NCBI GenBank assembly: GCA_000091165.1
Contig: FP565575.1
Span: 600,001-632,000, forward strand
Source: Candidatus Methylomirabilis oxygeniifera
Lineage (GTDB): Bacteria; Methylomirabilota; Methylomirabilia; Methylomirabilales; Methylomirabilaceae
Reading direction: 5' to 3'
DNA length: 32,000 bases
Below the pieces are notes generated by a model. It saw only the letters and a program-made list of their open reading frames with translations. It made no database searches and was not told the DNA's origin. Position numbers and translations under genes: made by a program. This document shows, piece by piece, positions 23,880-32,000 of this stretch (its first letter is position 1; every line of letters starts with the position of its first letter).

Positions 23880-26800
23880 TCAAATCCCCCCGTGGCCCCC
23901 CTTTGCAGGGGGGAGTGGGGGGTTTTCGTCGTTGGCCAGATAGCGCCCCACCGTGTCGAGCAGCACCTGTTTCTTCAGTGGCTTTGAGAGATAATCATCC
24001 ATTCCCTGCTCCAGGCACTGCTCCCGATATCCGGCAATTGCATGCGCCGTCATCGCGATGATCGGTACCCGTCCTACGCCATGCTCGCGTTCCCATGACC
24101 TGATGGCTCGAGTTGCCTCAAATCCATCCATTTCCGGCATCTGCACGTCCATCAGGATGAGATCATAGCGGGCCTGCCTGACCGCGTTTACTGCTGCCGC
24201 CCCATTCCCGGCAATCACGACCCAGTACCCGACCTTTTCCAGAATCCTTCTCACCAGGTTCTGATTGTCTACGTTGTCCTCGACCAACAGGATGTGTCGC
24301 TGCAGTGTGGGGCGTCTCGCCTCCGGGATTGACGGCTCAGCGGGCGCCTCCGCCTCCTCCGCCCTTCGAAGCAGCCCCATCAACATATCCAAGAGCTTTG
24401 ACTGTTTGACCGGCTTGGTCAGGACCACCGTTATCCCCAGATCCTCCCTTGTCGCGGTGGGCAGCCCTTCCCATGACGAGAGCATCACCAACTTGATGTC
24501 CTGAAGTCTTGGGTCCTGTCGGATCGCCCGAGCCACGGCTGCCCCGTCCATGTCCGGCATGTGATGATCTAGAATGACGATCTGGTAGCCCGCGTGTGAC
24601 GTGCGCAACAGCGCCAGAGCCTCCTCCCCGCCTGCCGCTTCCTCTACGGTCATGCCCCATGTGTGCAGCGTTCTGCGTAGGATGAGCCGATTGGTTGGAT
24701 TGTCGTCCACGACCAGCACCGCCACGCCGCGTAGATCAGGATACGTCTCGCGTCCCGCTCTCACCGTCTCAGCTTCGGGCTCCGCTACGGTCACGACAAG
24801 ATCACAATGGAAGGTGGACCCCTTGCCGACCTCGCTCTCCACCCATATCCGCCCTCCCATCAGCTCCATGAGGGCCTTCGAGATGCTCAAGCCCAGTCCG
24901 CTCCCCCCAAAACGCCGCGCTGTGGTGGCATCAGCCTGAGCAAACGGGTCAAAGATCCTGGCCTGCTGATGTGTGGGAATGCCGATCCCCGTATCGGCCA
25001 CCGAAATATGGACCCCGATTCGCCCTGGCGCTTCGACCTGCGTCCGCTCAACCTGGATGGTCACCTCCCCGCGCTCCGTGAACTTGATGGCATTGCCCAC
25101 CAGGTTCACCAATACCTGCCTCAGGCGCATGGGGTCGCCGAGCACTCGCGAGGGCAGCGCGGGATCTACATAGCATGTCAGTTCCAGCCCCTTTTTCTGG
25201 GCCCGAATACTCAAGACCTCGGCTACGCCTTCAACCACTTCCCGCAGGTGAAAGGCCGTTTCCTCAATCGCCATCTGACCCGCCTCAATCCTGGAGAGAT
25301 CGAGGATATCGTTGATGACCGTCAGCAGCGCCTCGGAGGAGGATTGCACCACCTGTAGGAACTCTCGTTGCTCCGTCGTGAGCGCGGTGTCAAGGGTGAG
25401 CTCGGTCATCCCGATGATGGCGTTCAGCGGCGTTCGGATCTCATGGCTCATTTTGGCCAAGAACTCACCCTTGGCGCGGCTGGCCGCTTCGGCAACGGAT
25501 TTCGCCTGCTGCATGGCTGCCTCCGCCCGCTTGCGCTCTTCAACTTCCCGTCTCAGCTCTTCGGTATGACGTTGCAGCGAACCCCAGAGTCGGCTGTGCT
25601 TCACGACAATGGCTACTTGATCGGCCAGGGGGAGCAGGCGCTCAATGTCATGTGCGGCGTAGGTTCCAGCCGTCAGACTGTCGAGGAAGAAGACCCCCAG
25701 CACTTCTCCTCCGACCAGAAGGGGAAGGCTAAGCGAGGATTGGACCCCCTCCTGCGCCAGATAGGTCTCATCGCGGAACCCGGCCTCCTTTGCCAGATCG
25801 CGCGTAAGCCGGGGCTCCCCGTGGATGAGCATCCACTCGACCGCCGTATCGTTCGTCTTCGGCCAGCTCTGTTCCTGGTGGGAAGCAAGTGGAGAATGAG
25901 CGACGGAGTAGGCGACGATGAGCTGATCGCCTTCCGGGAGAATCACCCCCAGGCGGTCATAGGGGACGTACGACTCTACTGCCCGGGCAAATGTCCCGAA
26001 GACCTCGTCGAGTTCGAGCGATCGGTTCAGCAGCCGGCTCAGCGTGAAGAGCGCCTCCCACCGCGCGGCGAGGTCCTTTGTGGTCGCATACAGTTGAGCT
26101 AGTTCGGCATTGGCGGCTGCCAGGTCCGCGTCCGCGCGCTTTCGGGCGGTCACGTCTTGCTTGATCGCGATGAAATGGGTGATCTGACCTCGATCGTCTC
26201 GAACAGGGGCAATGGTCTGCTCCTCGGTGTAGAGGCTGCCGTCCTTCCGTCGGTTGATCATCTCGCCGTGCCAGATCTGCCCGGTGAGAATCGTCTCCCA
26301 GAGGGTCTTGAAGAATGCCGTGTCATGTTGATCCGACTTGAGGAGGCGTAGATTCTGACCGATCAGTTCTTGGGCTGTATAGCCGGTAAGCGGGGTAGCG
26401 GCAGGATTGGTCCAGACGATCGTCCCCTCCCGGTCGGTGATGACGATACCGTTGGCCGCAGCCTCCAATGCCGTAGTTTGCAGGTGCAGTTGGACTTCTG
26501 CCTGTTTGCGGGCGGTGATGTCACGAATCGCGGCCATTACGATCCCGCCATCCTTGGCAGGATAGTGGCTCAGCTTGATGTCCACAGGGAACTCGCGCCC
26601 ATCCTTGCGCACGCCGTAGAGTTCCAGCCCCACCCCCATGGGCCGCGTCACGGGGTGCGTGAGGTAGGTGGCACGATCCGCTGCATGCCGGCTGCGGAGA
26701 CGCTCGGGCACCAGCATCTCAAGGGGTGCGCCGTGTAGCTCCTGCTGGGTATAACCGAACAGCCGCTCGGCTTCATCGTTGGCGAGCACGATACGTCCTG

Positions 26801-27029
26801 CTTTGTCGACAAGCACCATCGCGTCCGGCGCATCCTTCACCAGCCCGCGAAACTTGGCCTCGCTTTCGGCAAGGGCATTGAGCATCTCATTCAGGCTGCC
26901 GGCCAGACGGCCGAGCTCGTCCACGACCCGTGGCGCCGCGGGACACTTGCTCACGATGCACTCATCCAAACTGGCGGCCAGCCGTTTGAGTTCGTCAATA
27001 GCCGATGCCGGGTGTAGGCTCGGGTCCAT
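23880..27029 (-). CDS. Hybrid sensor histidine kinase: PAS-PAS-GAF-HisKA-HATPase-REC-REC
   Basis: [24 protein letters not shown]; [37 protein letters not shown]; two REC domains ([24 protein letters not shown]). Confidence 0.95.
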   Translation of the reverse strand: MDPSLHPASAIDELKRLAASLDECIVSKCPAAPRVVDELGRLAGSLNEMLNALAESEAKFRGLVKDAPDAMVLVDKAGRIVLANDEAERLFGYTQQELHGAPLEMLVPERLRSRHAADRATYLTHPVTRPMGVGLELYGVRKDGREFPVDIKLSHYPAKDGGIVMAAIRDITARKQAEVQLHLQTTALEAAANGIVITDREGTIVWTNPAATPLTGYTAQELIGQNLRLLKSDQHDTAFFKTLWETILTGQIWHGEMINRRKDGSLYTEEQTIAPVRDDRGQITHFIAIKQDVTARKRADADLAAANAELAQLYATTKDLAARWEALFTLSRLLNRSLELDEVFGTFARAVESYVPYDRLGVILPEGDQLIVAYSVAHSPLASHQEQSWPKTNDTAVEWMLIHGEPRLTRDLAKEAGFRDETYLAQEGVQSSLSLPLLVGGEVLGVFFLDSLTAGTYAAHDIERLLPLADQVAIVVKHSRLWGSLQRHTEELRREVEERKRAEAAMQQAKSVAEAASRAKGEFLAKMSHEIRTPLNAIIGMTELTLDTALTTEQREFLQVVQSSSEALLTVINDILDLSRIEAGQMAIEETAFHLREVVEGVAEVLSIRAQKKGLELTCYVDPALPSRVLGDPMRLRQVLVNLVGNAIKFTERGEVTIQVERTQVEAPGRIGVHISVADTGIGIPTHQQARIFDPFAQADATTARRFGGSGLGLSISKALMELMGGRIWVESEVGKGSTFHCDLVVTVAEPEAETVRAGRETYPDLRGVAVLVVDDNPTNRLILRRTLHTWGMTVEEAAGGEEALALLRTSHAGYQIVILDHHMPDMDGAAVARAIRQDPRLQDIKLVMLSSWEGLPTATREDLGITVVLTKPVKQSKLLDMLMGLLRRAEEAEAPAEPSIPEARRPTLQRHILLVEDNVDNQNLVRRILEKVGYWVVIAGNGAAAVNAVRQARYDLILMDVQMPEMDGFEATRAIRSWEREHGVGRVPIIAMTAHAIAGYREQCLEQGMDDYLSKPLKKQVLLDTVGRYLANDENPPLPPAKGGHGGI
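23881..23932. repeat. C/G palindromic dispersed repeat forming the last residues of the histidine kinase
   Basis: caaatccccccgtggccccccTTTGCAggggggagtggggggttttc; ORF ends ...[16 protein letters not shown]. Confidence 0.85.
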
Positions 27030-27079
27030 CCATATCCTCCTACGCGTGAAGCTGCAGCGGCCGGCTCGAAAGCCGAGCG

Positions 27080-28273
27080 CTACATCGTTTCCCTTTCAAG
27101 TGCCAGCAGGGTGATGTCGTCCTCAAACTCATCGCTGCCCCTCCAGCGCTCTATCGCCTGCTTGATACCCGCCATCGCATCTTGCAGCGGACGGTCTCTC
27201 CACTCATCCACGAGTCCCATGAGACGGGGTACGGAAAAACGCTCTCCATCCTTCCCAATACATTCCGGAATGCCGTCCGAGTAGAAGAAGAGTCGGTCGC
27301 CGGGATGCAGATACAACTCCTCTTCCTGATACGTCACATCAGGTAACATTCCTACAGGAAATCCCCCTGTTCCGAGCAGGTCGGCTTTGGCCTCCTTGGG
27401 TTGATAGATTGGGGATGGATGACCGGCCTGAGTCAGCAACAGCTTGGCATCACGGGTTTCGACGATGCCGTAAATCATGGTGAAATACTGCATCACATCG
27501 TCCTTGGACTGAAACAGTTGGTTCAAGGTGTGAATCGCCTCCGCCGGCATAGCGATGTCGTAGTGGGGGGGGTCCGGGATGAAGCGCATCAAAGGACTCC
27601 CCTGACTGGCGGTAGGTGAGAGTAGTGTGCTCAGTGTCACCGACAGCATTGCCGCAGGAATGCCGTGACCGGCCACGTCAAGAATGTAAAAGCCGGTCCG
27701 GTGCTCATTGAACTGGAAGACATTAAAGATATCGCCTGCTACGAAATGACAAGGAGTAAAGATCCACTCAAATCTGAACCCAGGGACAACCAGTGCGCGA
27801 CTTGGCAGGAGAGATCGCTGCATTGTTACAGCCGCATCAAGGTCCTCGCGAATCCTGAAGTAGGCCTCCTGTAACTTCTTGTGCTGCTCTTCAAGATTGC
27901 TTTCCAGCTTGATGATCCGTTCCCCGGCTCTGATGCGGACCTTGAGCTCTCCGGCATTGAAGGGCTTGATCAGAAAATCATCGGCGCCGGCTTCCATCCC
28001 TTTAATGAGTTCTTCTTTCGAGTGTTTGGCTGTCAGCAGGATGATATAGATATATCTCGTAAACCTTGCCCCACGGATCCGACGGCAGAGCTCTAAACCG
28101 TCCAGGTTCGGCATGATCCAGTCGGTGATCACAAAACTGAACGGTTCGTTCTGGAGGAGGTCCCACGCTTGCGCGCCGTCGATCGCCTGGACGACGTCGT
28201 ACCCCCAGCTCTGGAGGGTGTGCAGCAGCAGCCTCCGCATGTCCACATCATCGTCAACGATCAGTATCCGCAT
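27080..28273 (-). CDS. Response regulator with C-terminal PP2C/SpoIIE (RsbU-like) serine phosphatase
   Basis: [28 protein letters not shown]...[20 protein letters not shown]...; [28 protein letters not shown]; [21 protein letters not shown]. Confidence 0.94.
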   Translation of the reverse strand: MRILIVDDDVDMRRLLLHTLQSWGYDVVQAIDGAQAWDLLQNEPFSFVITDWIMPNLDGLELCRRIRGARFTRYIYIILLTAKHSKEELIKGMEAGADDFLIKPFNAGELKVRIRAGERIIKLESNLEEQHKKLQEAYFRIREDLDAAVTMQRSLLPSRALVVPGFRFEWIFTPCHFVAGDIFNVFQFNEHRTGFYILDVAGHGIPAAMLSVTLSTLLSPTASQGSPLMRFIPDPPHYDIAMPAEAIHTLNQLFQSKDDVMQYFTMIYGIVETRDAKLLLTQAGHPSPIYQPKEAKADLLGTGGFPVGMLPDVTYQEEELYLHPGDRLFFYSDGIPECIGKDGERFSVPRLMGLVDEWRDRPLQDAMAGIKQAIERWRGSDEFEDDITLLALERETM

Positions 28274-28356
28274 CGTAAGCTCCTACCACTCAACCGTTCG
28301 TCTCCGACACCAATACCCCATGCACCGGTGGCGCGTCCATGGACATGAACGCCCCT

Positions 28357-28467
28357 CTGGCTCCGTCATTGCGAGCGACCGAAGGGAGTGCGGCAATCTC
28401 ACCGTCGTTGTCCTGAAGGACTGTGAGATTGCTTTGGCCTCGCCTCGCAATGACACGGAGGACTCTC
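28357..28467. repeat. Intergenic inverted repeat between the PDH and phosphatase operons
   Basis: cgtcattgcgagcgaccgaagggagtgcggcaatctcac...gtgagattgctttggcctcgcctcgcaatgacacgg: cgtcattgcgag/ctcgcaatgacacg ends are complementary. Confidence 0.8.
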
Positions 28468-28582
28468 TAACCAATAACAATACTAGTTTAGGGCGAGGCG
28501 GGCTAAGATGCAACTACATGAGGAAGTTGGTCGGATTCGCCATGGTGTCGCTTTCCCGTGCGTTGTCAGGAACGTCAGGATC

Positions 28583-29794
28583 CTAACGAATGACGGAGAA
28601 ATCAAATCCCTCGAGCGTAGCCCGCACATGGTTGAGGAAGGCGCTGGCGTAGGCGCCGTCGATGAGGCGATGATCGTAGGAGAGACAGAGGTAGGCCATC
28701 GAACGGATGACGATCGCATCGTCAATTACGACCGGCCGCTTCACGACCCTGCCCAGGCCCAGGATGGCTGCCTGCGGTTGAACAATGATCGGCGTTCCAA
28801 TCATAGTCCCCAGCGCGCCGAAGTTGTTGACCGTGAAGGTCCCTTCGTGGACCTCCTCCAGGCTGAGCCGTTTGTCGCGAGCCCGGACGGCCAGATCAGT
28901 CAACTGTTTCGTCAGGGTCAGAAAGCTTTTCTTATCGGCCTCTCGCAGCACCGGGACAATAAGACCTTCCTCCAGGGCCACGGCGATCCCGATATTGATT
29001 GCGTGCTTGACAATAATTCCCTTATGAGTGAAGGAGGCGTTGATGAGCGGATAGGCCCGCAGGCCATCCGCGACGGCCTTTACGACAAAGGGGAGAAAGG
29101 TAAGCGCGGTCCCGGTCTCCTTGAGGAAGGCGCTATGGTGTGCCTGCCGGTAGCGGTCGATAGCCGTCATATCGACTTCGTGGATCTGCGTGACATGAGC
29201 AGCGGTCCGCTTGCTCCGGATCATATGCTCGGCGATGGCCTTTCGCATGGGGCTGATCGGGAGGATCCGGTCTTCGATAAGGGGGGCGGGGAGTTCAGGG
29301 GATACGCGAGGTGACGCGGCGACCGTCTCTGACCGCTGCGCGATGAAGTCCAGCAGATCCTTCCTCGTCACACGTCCATCTGCGCCGGTGCCTCTTACTT
29401 GGGTGAGATCGACGTCGTGTTCCTGTGCCAGGTCGAGGACGGCGGGTGAGTACCAGCGCGTTGCCGGCGCTGCGGCCTCTACTGCTGGTGCAGCGGTCTG
29501 AACCCCATCCTGCCGCTCCACTACCGACCTGTCCGGCGAGACCGCGCCGGCGTGAGAAGCCTCGCCGATATAGGCCAGCACGGCTCCGACCGACGCTGTC
29601 ACCCCTTCCTGGACGACGATCTGAGACAATACCCCGGCGGAAGGGGCGGGAATCTCGACGTCCACCTTATCCGTAGAGATAGCCACCAGCGGCTCATCTT
29701 TGGCGATCGAGTCGCCGACCTTCTTGAGCCAGGTGACGACCGTCCCCTCAGCGACGCTTTCGCCCATCTGGGGCATGACCACTTCAATGAGCAT
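28583..29794 (-). CDS. 2-oxo acid dehydrogenase E2 component, dihydrolipoamide acyltransferase
   Basis: Lipoyl domain GDSIAKDEPLVAISTDKVDVEIPAPSAGVL; catalytic core YLCLSYDHRLIDGAYASAFL. Confidence 0.95.
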   Translation of the reverse strand: MLIEVVMPQMGESVAEGTVVTWLKKVGDSIAKDEPLVAISTDKVDVEIPAPSAGVLSQIVVQEGVTASVGAVLAYIGEASHAGAVSPDRSVVERQDGVQTAAPAVEAAAPATRWYSPAVLDLAQEHDVDLTQVRGTGADGRVTRKDLLDFIAQRSETVAASPRVSPELPAPLIEDRILPISPMRKAIAEHMIRSKRTAAHVTQIHEVDMTAIDRYRQAHHSAFLKETGTALTFLPFVVKAVADGLRAYPLINASFTHKGIIVKHAINIGIAVALEEGLIVPVLREADKKSFLTLTKQLTDLAVRARDKRLSLEEVHEGTFTVNNFGALGTMIGTPIIVQPQAAILGLGRVVKRPVVIDDAIVIRSMAYLCLSYDHRLIDGAYASAFLNHVRATLEGFDFSVIR

Positions 29795-29803
29795 AGTCAG
29801 CGC

Positions 29804-30775
29804 TCAGAAGGCGGCCAGCTCTCGCGCCTTGCCGGCGATCGTGTCGGGATTGGGCAGATACGCCTCCTCCAGTACGGGACTGAAAGGAACAGGGGTATGG
29901 GGGGCTGCCACGCGGATAATAGGGGCATCCAGATACTGGAACAGGTCCTCGGCGATCCGAGCCGCGATCTCGCCCCCAATGCCGCCGGTCTTTGGCGCCT
30001 CATGCACCACCATTGCCCGTCCGGTCTTCTTGACCGAGGAGGCGATCGTGGACATATCCATCGGCTGAAGTGTCCGGAGGTCCACCACCTCCAGGTCGAT
30101 CCCTTCAGGTAGGAGCCGCTCCGCCGCTGCGAGTGCGTGCTGGAGCATGGCGCCGTAGGTGATGACACTGATGGTACTGCCTGATCTTTTGACCTCCGCC
30201 TGGCCGATCGGCACGATCGAATCTCCCTCCGGCACCTCCCCTTTGATGTGGCGATAGAGGTACTTGTGCTCGAAGTAGATCACGGGATTGGGATCGCGGA
30301 TGGCAGCTTTCAGGAGTCCCTTCGCATCGGCAGGAGTAGAGGGGGCCACCAGCTTCAGCCCGGCCACATGAAAGAACCACGCCTCCGGACATTGGGAATG
30401 GAACGGCCCCGCGTGGAGTCCGCCGCCGTAAGGGGCCCGAATGACCATGGGGACCGGTTCGCCGAGGCGGTAGTGATGTTTGGCCGCCATATTGACGATC
30501 TGGTCAAAGGCGCAGGCGATGAAGTCGGCGAACTGCATCTCGACGACGGGCCGCATCCCCATGAGGGCCGCGCCGATTGCGGCCCCGACGAATGCCGACT
30601 CGGACAACGGCGTATCGATCACGCGCTCCGATCCGAACTTATCTAGGAACCCCTTCGTCACCTTGAAAGCACCGCCGTAGACCCCGATGTCTTCTCCCAG
30701 CATGAAGACGCGCTCATCCCGGTCCATTTCCTCCCACAAGGCTTGGCGGATCGCTTCAAGATAGGTGATTTCCAT
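29804..30775 (-). CDS. pdhB: Pyruvate/2-oxo acid dehydrogenase E1 component, beta subunit
   Basis: MEITYLEAIRQALWEEMDRDERVFMLGEDIGVYGGAFKVTKGFLDKFGSERVIDTPLSESAFVGAAIGAALMGMRPVVEMQF. Confidence 0.96.
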   Translation of the reverse strand: MEITYLEAIRQALWEEMDRDERVFMLGEDIGVYGGAFKVTKGFLDKFGSERVIDTPLSESAFVGAAIGAALMGMRPVVEMQFADFIACAFDQIVNMAAKHHYRLGEPVPMVIRAPYGGGLHAGPFHSQCPEAWFFHVAGLKLVAPSTPADAKGLLKAAIRDPNPVIYFEHKYLYRHIKGEVPEGDSIVPIGQAEVKRSGSTISVITYGAMLQHALAAAERLLPEGIDLEVVDLRTLQPMDMSTIASSVKKTGRAMVVHEAPKTGGIGGEIAARIAEDLFQYLDAPIIRVAAPHTPVPFSPVLEEAYLPNPDTIAGKARELAAF

Positions 30776-30809
30776 CCTGTCTCCTCACAATACAACGAAT
30801 AGCTGCCGG

Positions 30810-31781
30810 CTAAGCGGCGTAGACTCCCTCAAGGAGTTCCTTCGCATCCGGAAGCGGGCTCGATTCTGCGAAGAGGACCGCTTCCTCGATCTCCTTCGCG
30901 ATGCGGTCGTCGATCGTCTTGGCGGAGGCGTCATCAAGGATCTTCCGGTCACGCAGGCAGGCGGCGAATCGATCGATGGGGTCCCGCTTTCGCCACTCTT
31001 CGAGCAGGCCGGGCGGGACATACGAGGCGTCGTCATGCTCGGCATGACCGCGCATCCGCATCGTTTTGCCTTCCACGAGAGACGGGCCGTCGCCCGCTCT
31101 CGCGCGAGCGATCGCCTCAGCGACGGCATCGTGGACGGCCAGCACATCGTTGCCGTCCACGATGATGCCAGGCATCCCGTAGGCTTTGGCGCGATCGGCA
31201 ACATGCTCGATAGCCATCTGACGAGAAAGCGGGGTGGAGTAGGCGTACTGATTGTTGTGGCAGATGAAGACGACGGGCAGTTTGAGTACCGCCGCAAGGT
31301 TCAGCGCCTCATGGAAATCACCGCGGCTTGACGCGCCGTCGCCGAAGAATGCCGCCACCACTCGCCGCTCGCGCCGAAGCTTGAAGGTCAGGGCAACGCC
31401 TGCCGCCACCGGCAGCAGGTCGGCCATCGGACTGATGAATCCGATGATGCCGCGCGTGATATCGCCGAAATGCACATTGCCGTCCCGCCCCCTGGTCAAC
31501 CCGGTCTGCCTGGCGAGGTAGTGGGTCATGTACTCCTTCGGCGTGATCCCTTTCACGAGGTTGGCGCCAAGATCCCGATGGGTAGGGGCGATAACGTCAT
31601 CGCGTTCCAGCGCTGATGCGCTTCCCACCGCGATGGCCTCTTCGCCGTTACCGAGGTAGACGCCGCCGACGATCTTTCCCTGTCGGTAGAGCGTAATCAC
31701 CCGCTGTTCCATCCCGCGGGTGAGCTTGAGGTAGTAATAGATATTCAGCAACTCGTCCGGTGCGGGCTTCCGAACCCCCAT
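30810..31781 (-). CDS. pdhA: Pyruvate/2-oxo acid dehydrogenase E1 component, alpha subunit
   Basis: YYYLKLTRGMEQRVITLYRQGKIVGGVYLGNGEEAIAVG; FFGDGASSRGDFHEALNLAAVLKLPVVFICHNNQYAYSTP (TPP motif). Confidence 0.96.
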   Translation of the reverse strand: MGVRKPAPDELLNIYYYLKLTRGMEQRVITLYRQGKIVGGVYLGNGEEAIAVGSASALERDDVIAPTHRDLGANLVKGITPKEYMTHYLARQTGLTRGRDGNVHFGDITRGIIGFISPMADLLPVAAGVALTFKLRRERRVVAAFFGDGASSRGDFHEALNLAAVLKLPVVFICHNNQYAYSTPLSRQMAIEHVADRAKAYGMPGIIVDGNDVLAVHDAVAEAIARARAGDGPSLVEGKTMRMRGHAEHDDASYVPPGLLEEWRKRDPIDRFAACLRDRKILDDASAKTIDDRIAKEIEEAVLFAESSPLPDAKELLEGVYAA

Positions 31782-31925
31782 CGCGCCACCTCTCCCCTGT
31801 GTGGTACAAAGCGGCTTCGCCTTAACGGGCCGTAGTATAGTCTGTCCAAACTGTGTTTGTAAATCATTTCATCATGCACGCGAACATCTTCCGCCGTCTG
31901 CTGAACAGGCTGTCCCGTGGTATTC

Positions 31926-32000
31926 TCAGCGTCCCATCGCGAACATCATCACGATGATCAAAGCAATAGCGACAGCCGCCACAATCAGTAGTAGGCGAGT
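31926..32000 (-). CDS. C-terminal end of a hydrophobic protein running off the window
   Basis: Frame reads TRLLLIVAAVAIALIIVMMFAMGR* on the minus strand. Confidence 0.3.
   Translation of the reverse strand, partial: TRLLLIVAAVAIALIIVMMFAMGR

Noticed and set aside
1-32000. CRISPR arrays, tRNA or rRNA genes
   Set aside because: No regularly spaced short repeats and no recognisable tRNA or rRNA sequences were seen by eye

Overview
GC-rich bacterial chromosomal window. The housekeeping blocks are: the end of gcvH with gcvPA-gcvPB; thiD; endonuclease V; an SDR oxidoreductase; glycogen phosphorylase preceded by a stress/partner-switching signalling cluster (REC-PP2C, hybrid kinase, Hpt, STAS, RsbW-like ATPase); and pyruvate dehydrogenase-type E1alpha/E1beta/E2. 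Between about 3.9 and 20.1 kb lies an accessory region with several toxin-antitoxin modules (DUF433, DinJ/YafQ-like, MNT-HEPN broken by an IS3-type element, BrnA-like, addiction-module/ParE-like, HicBA-like) and repeated fragments. The main discovery is that 11.86-17.26 kb reads as an integrase-less integron cassette array. Four single-ORF cassettes (Zn-ribbon TIR protein, TPR/beta-propeller protein with internal J-domain, DUF4236 protein, membrane protein) each begin at a GTT and end in an attC-like hairpin. The R'' box of each hairpin is complementary (8-10 of 10 nt) to the first bases of its own cassette. A second unit at 18.42-19.08 kb (TA pair) has the same structure. Both cargos are flanked by the same two repeats: R1 on the left (about 220 bp, sigma70-like promoter ending 5 nt before the insertion G|TT) and R2 on the right (about 190-200 bp, starting at TTCGCTG). 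This suggests a dispersed promoter-plus-attI-like landing-pad repeat that captures cassettes. All comparisons were done by eye; no database was searched.
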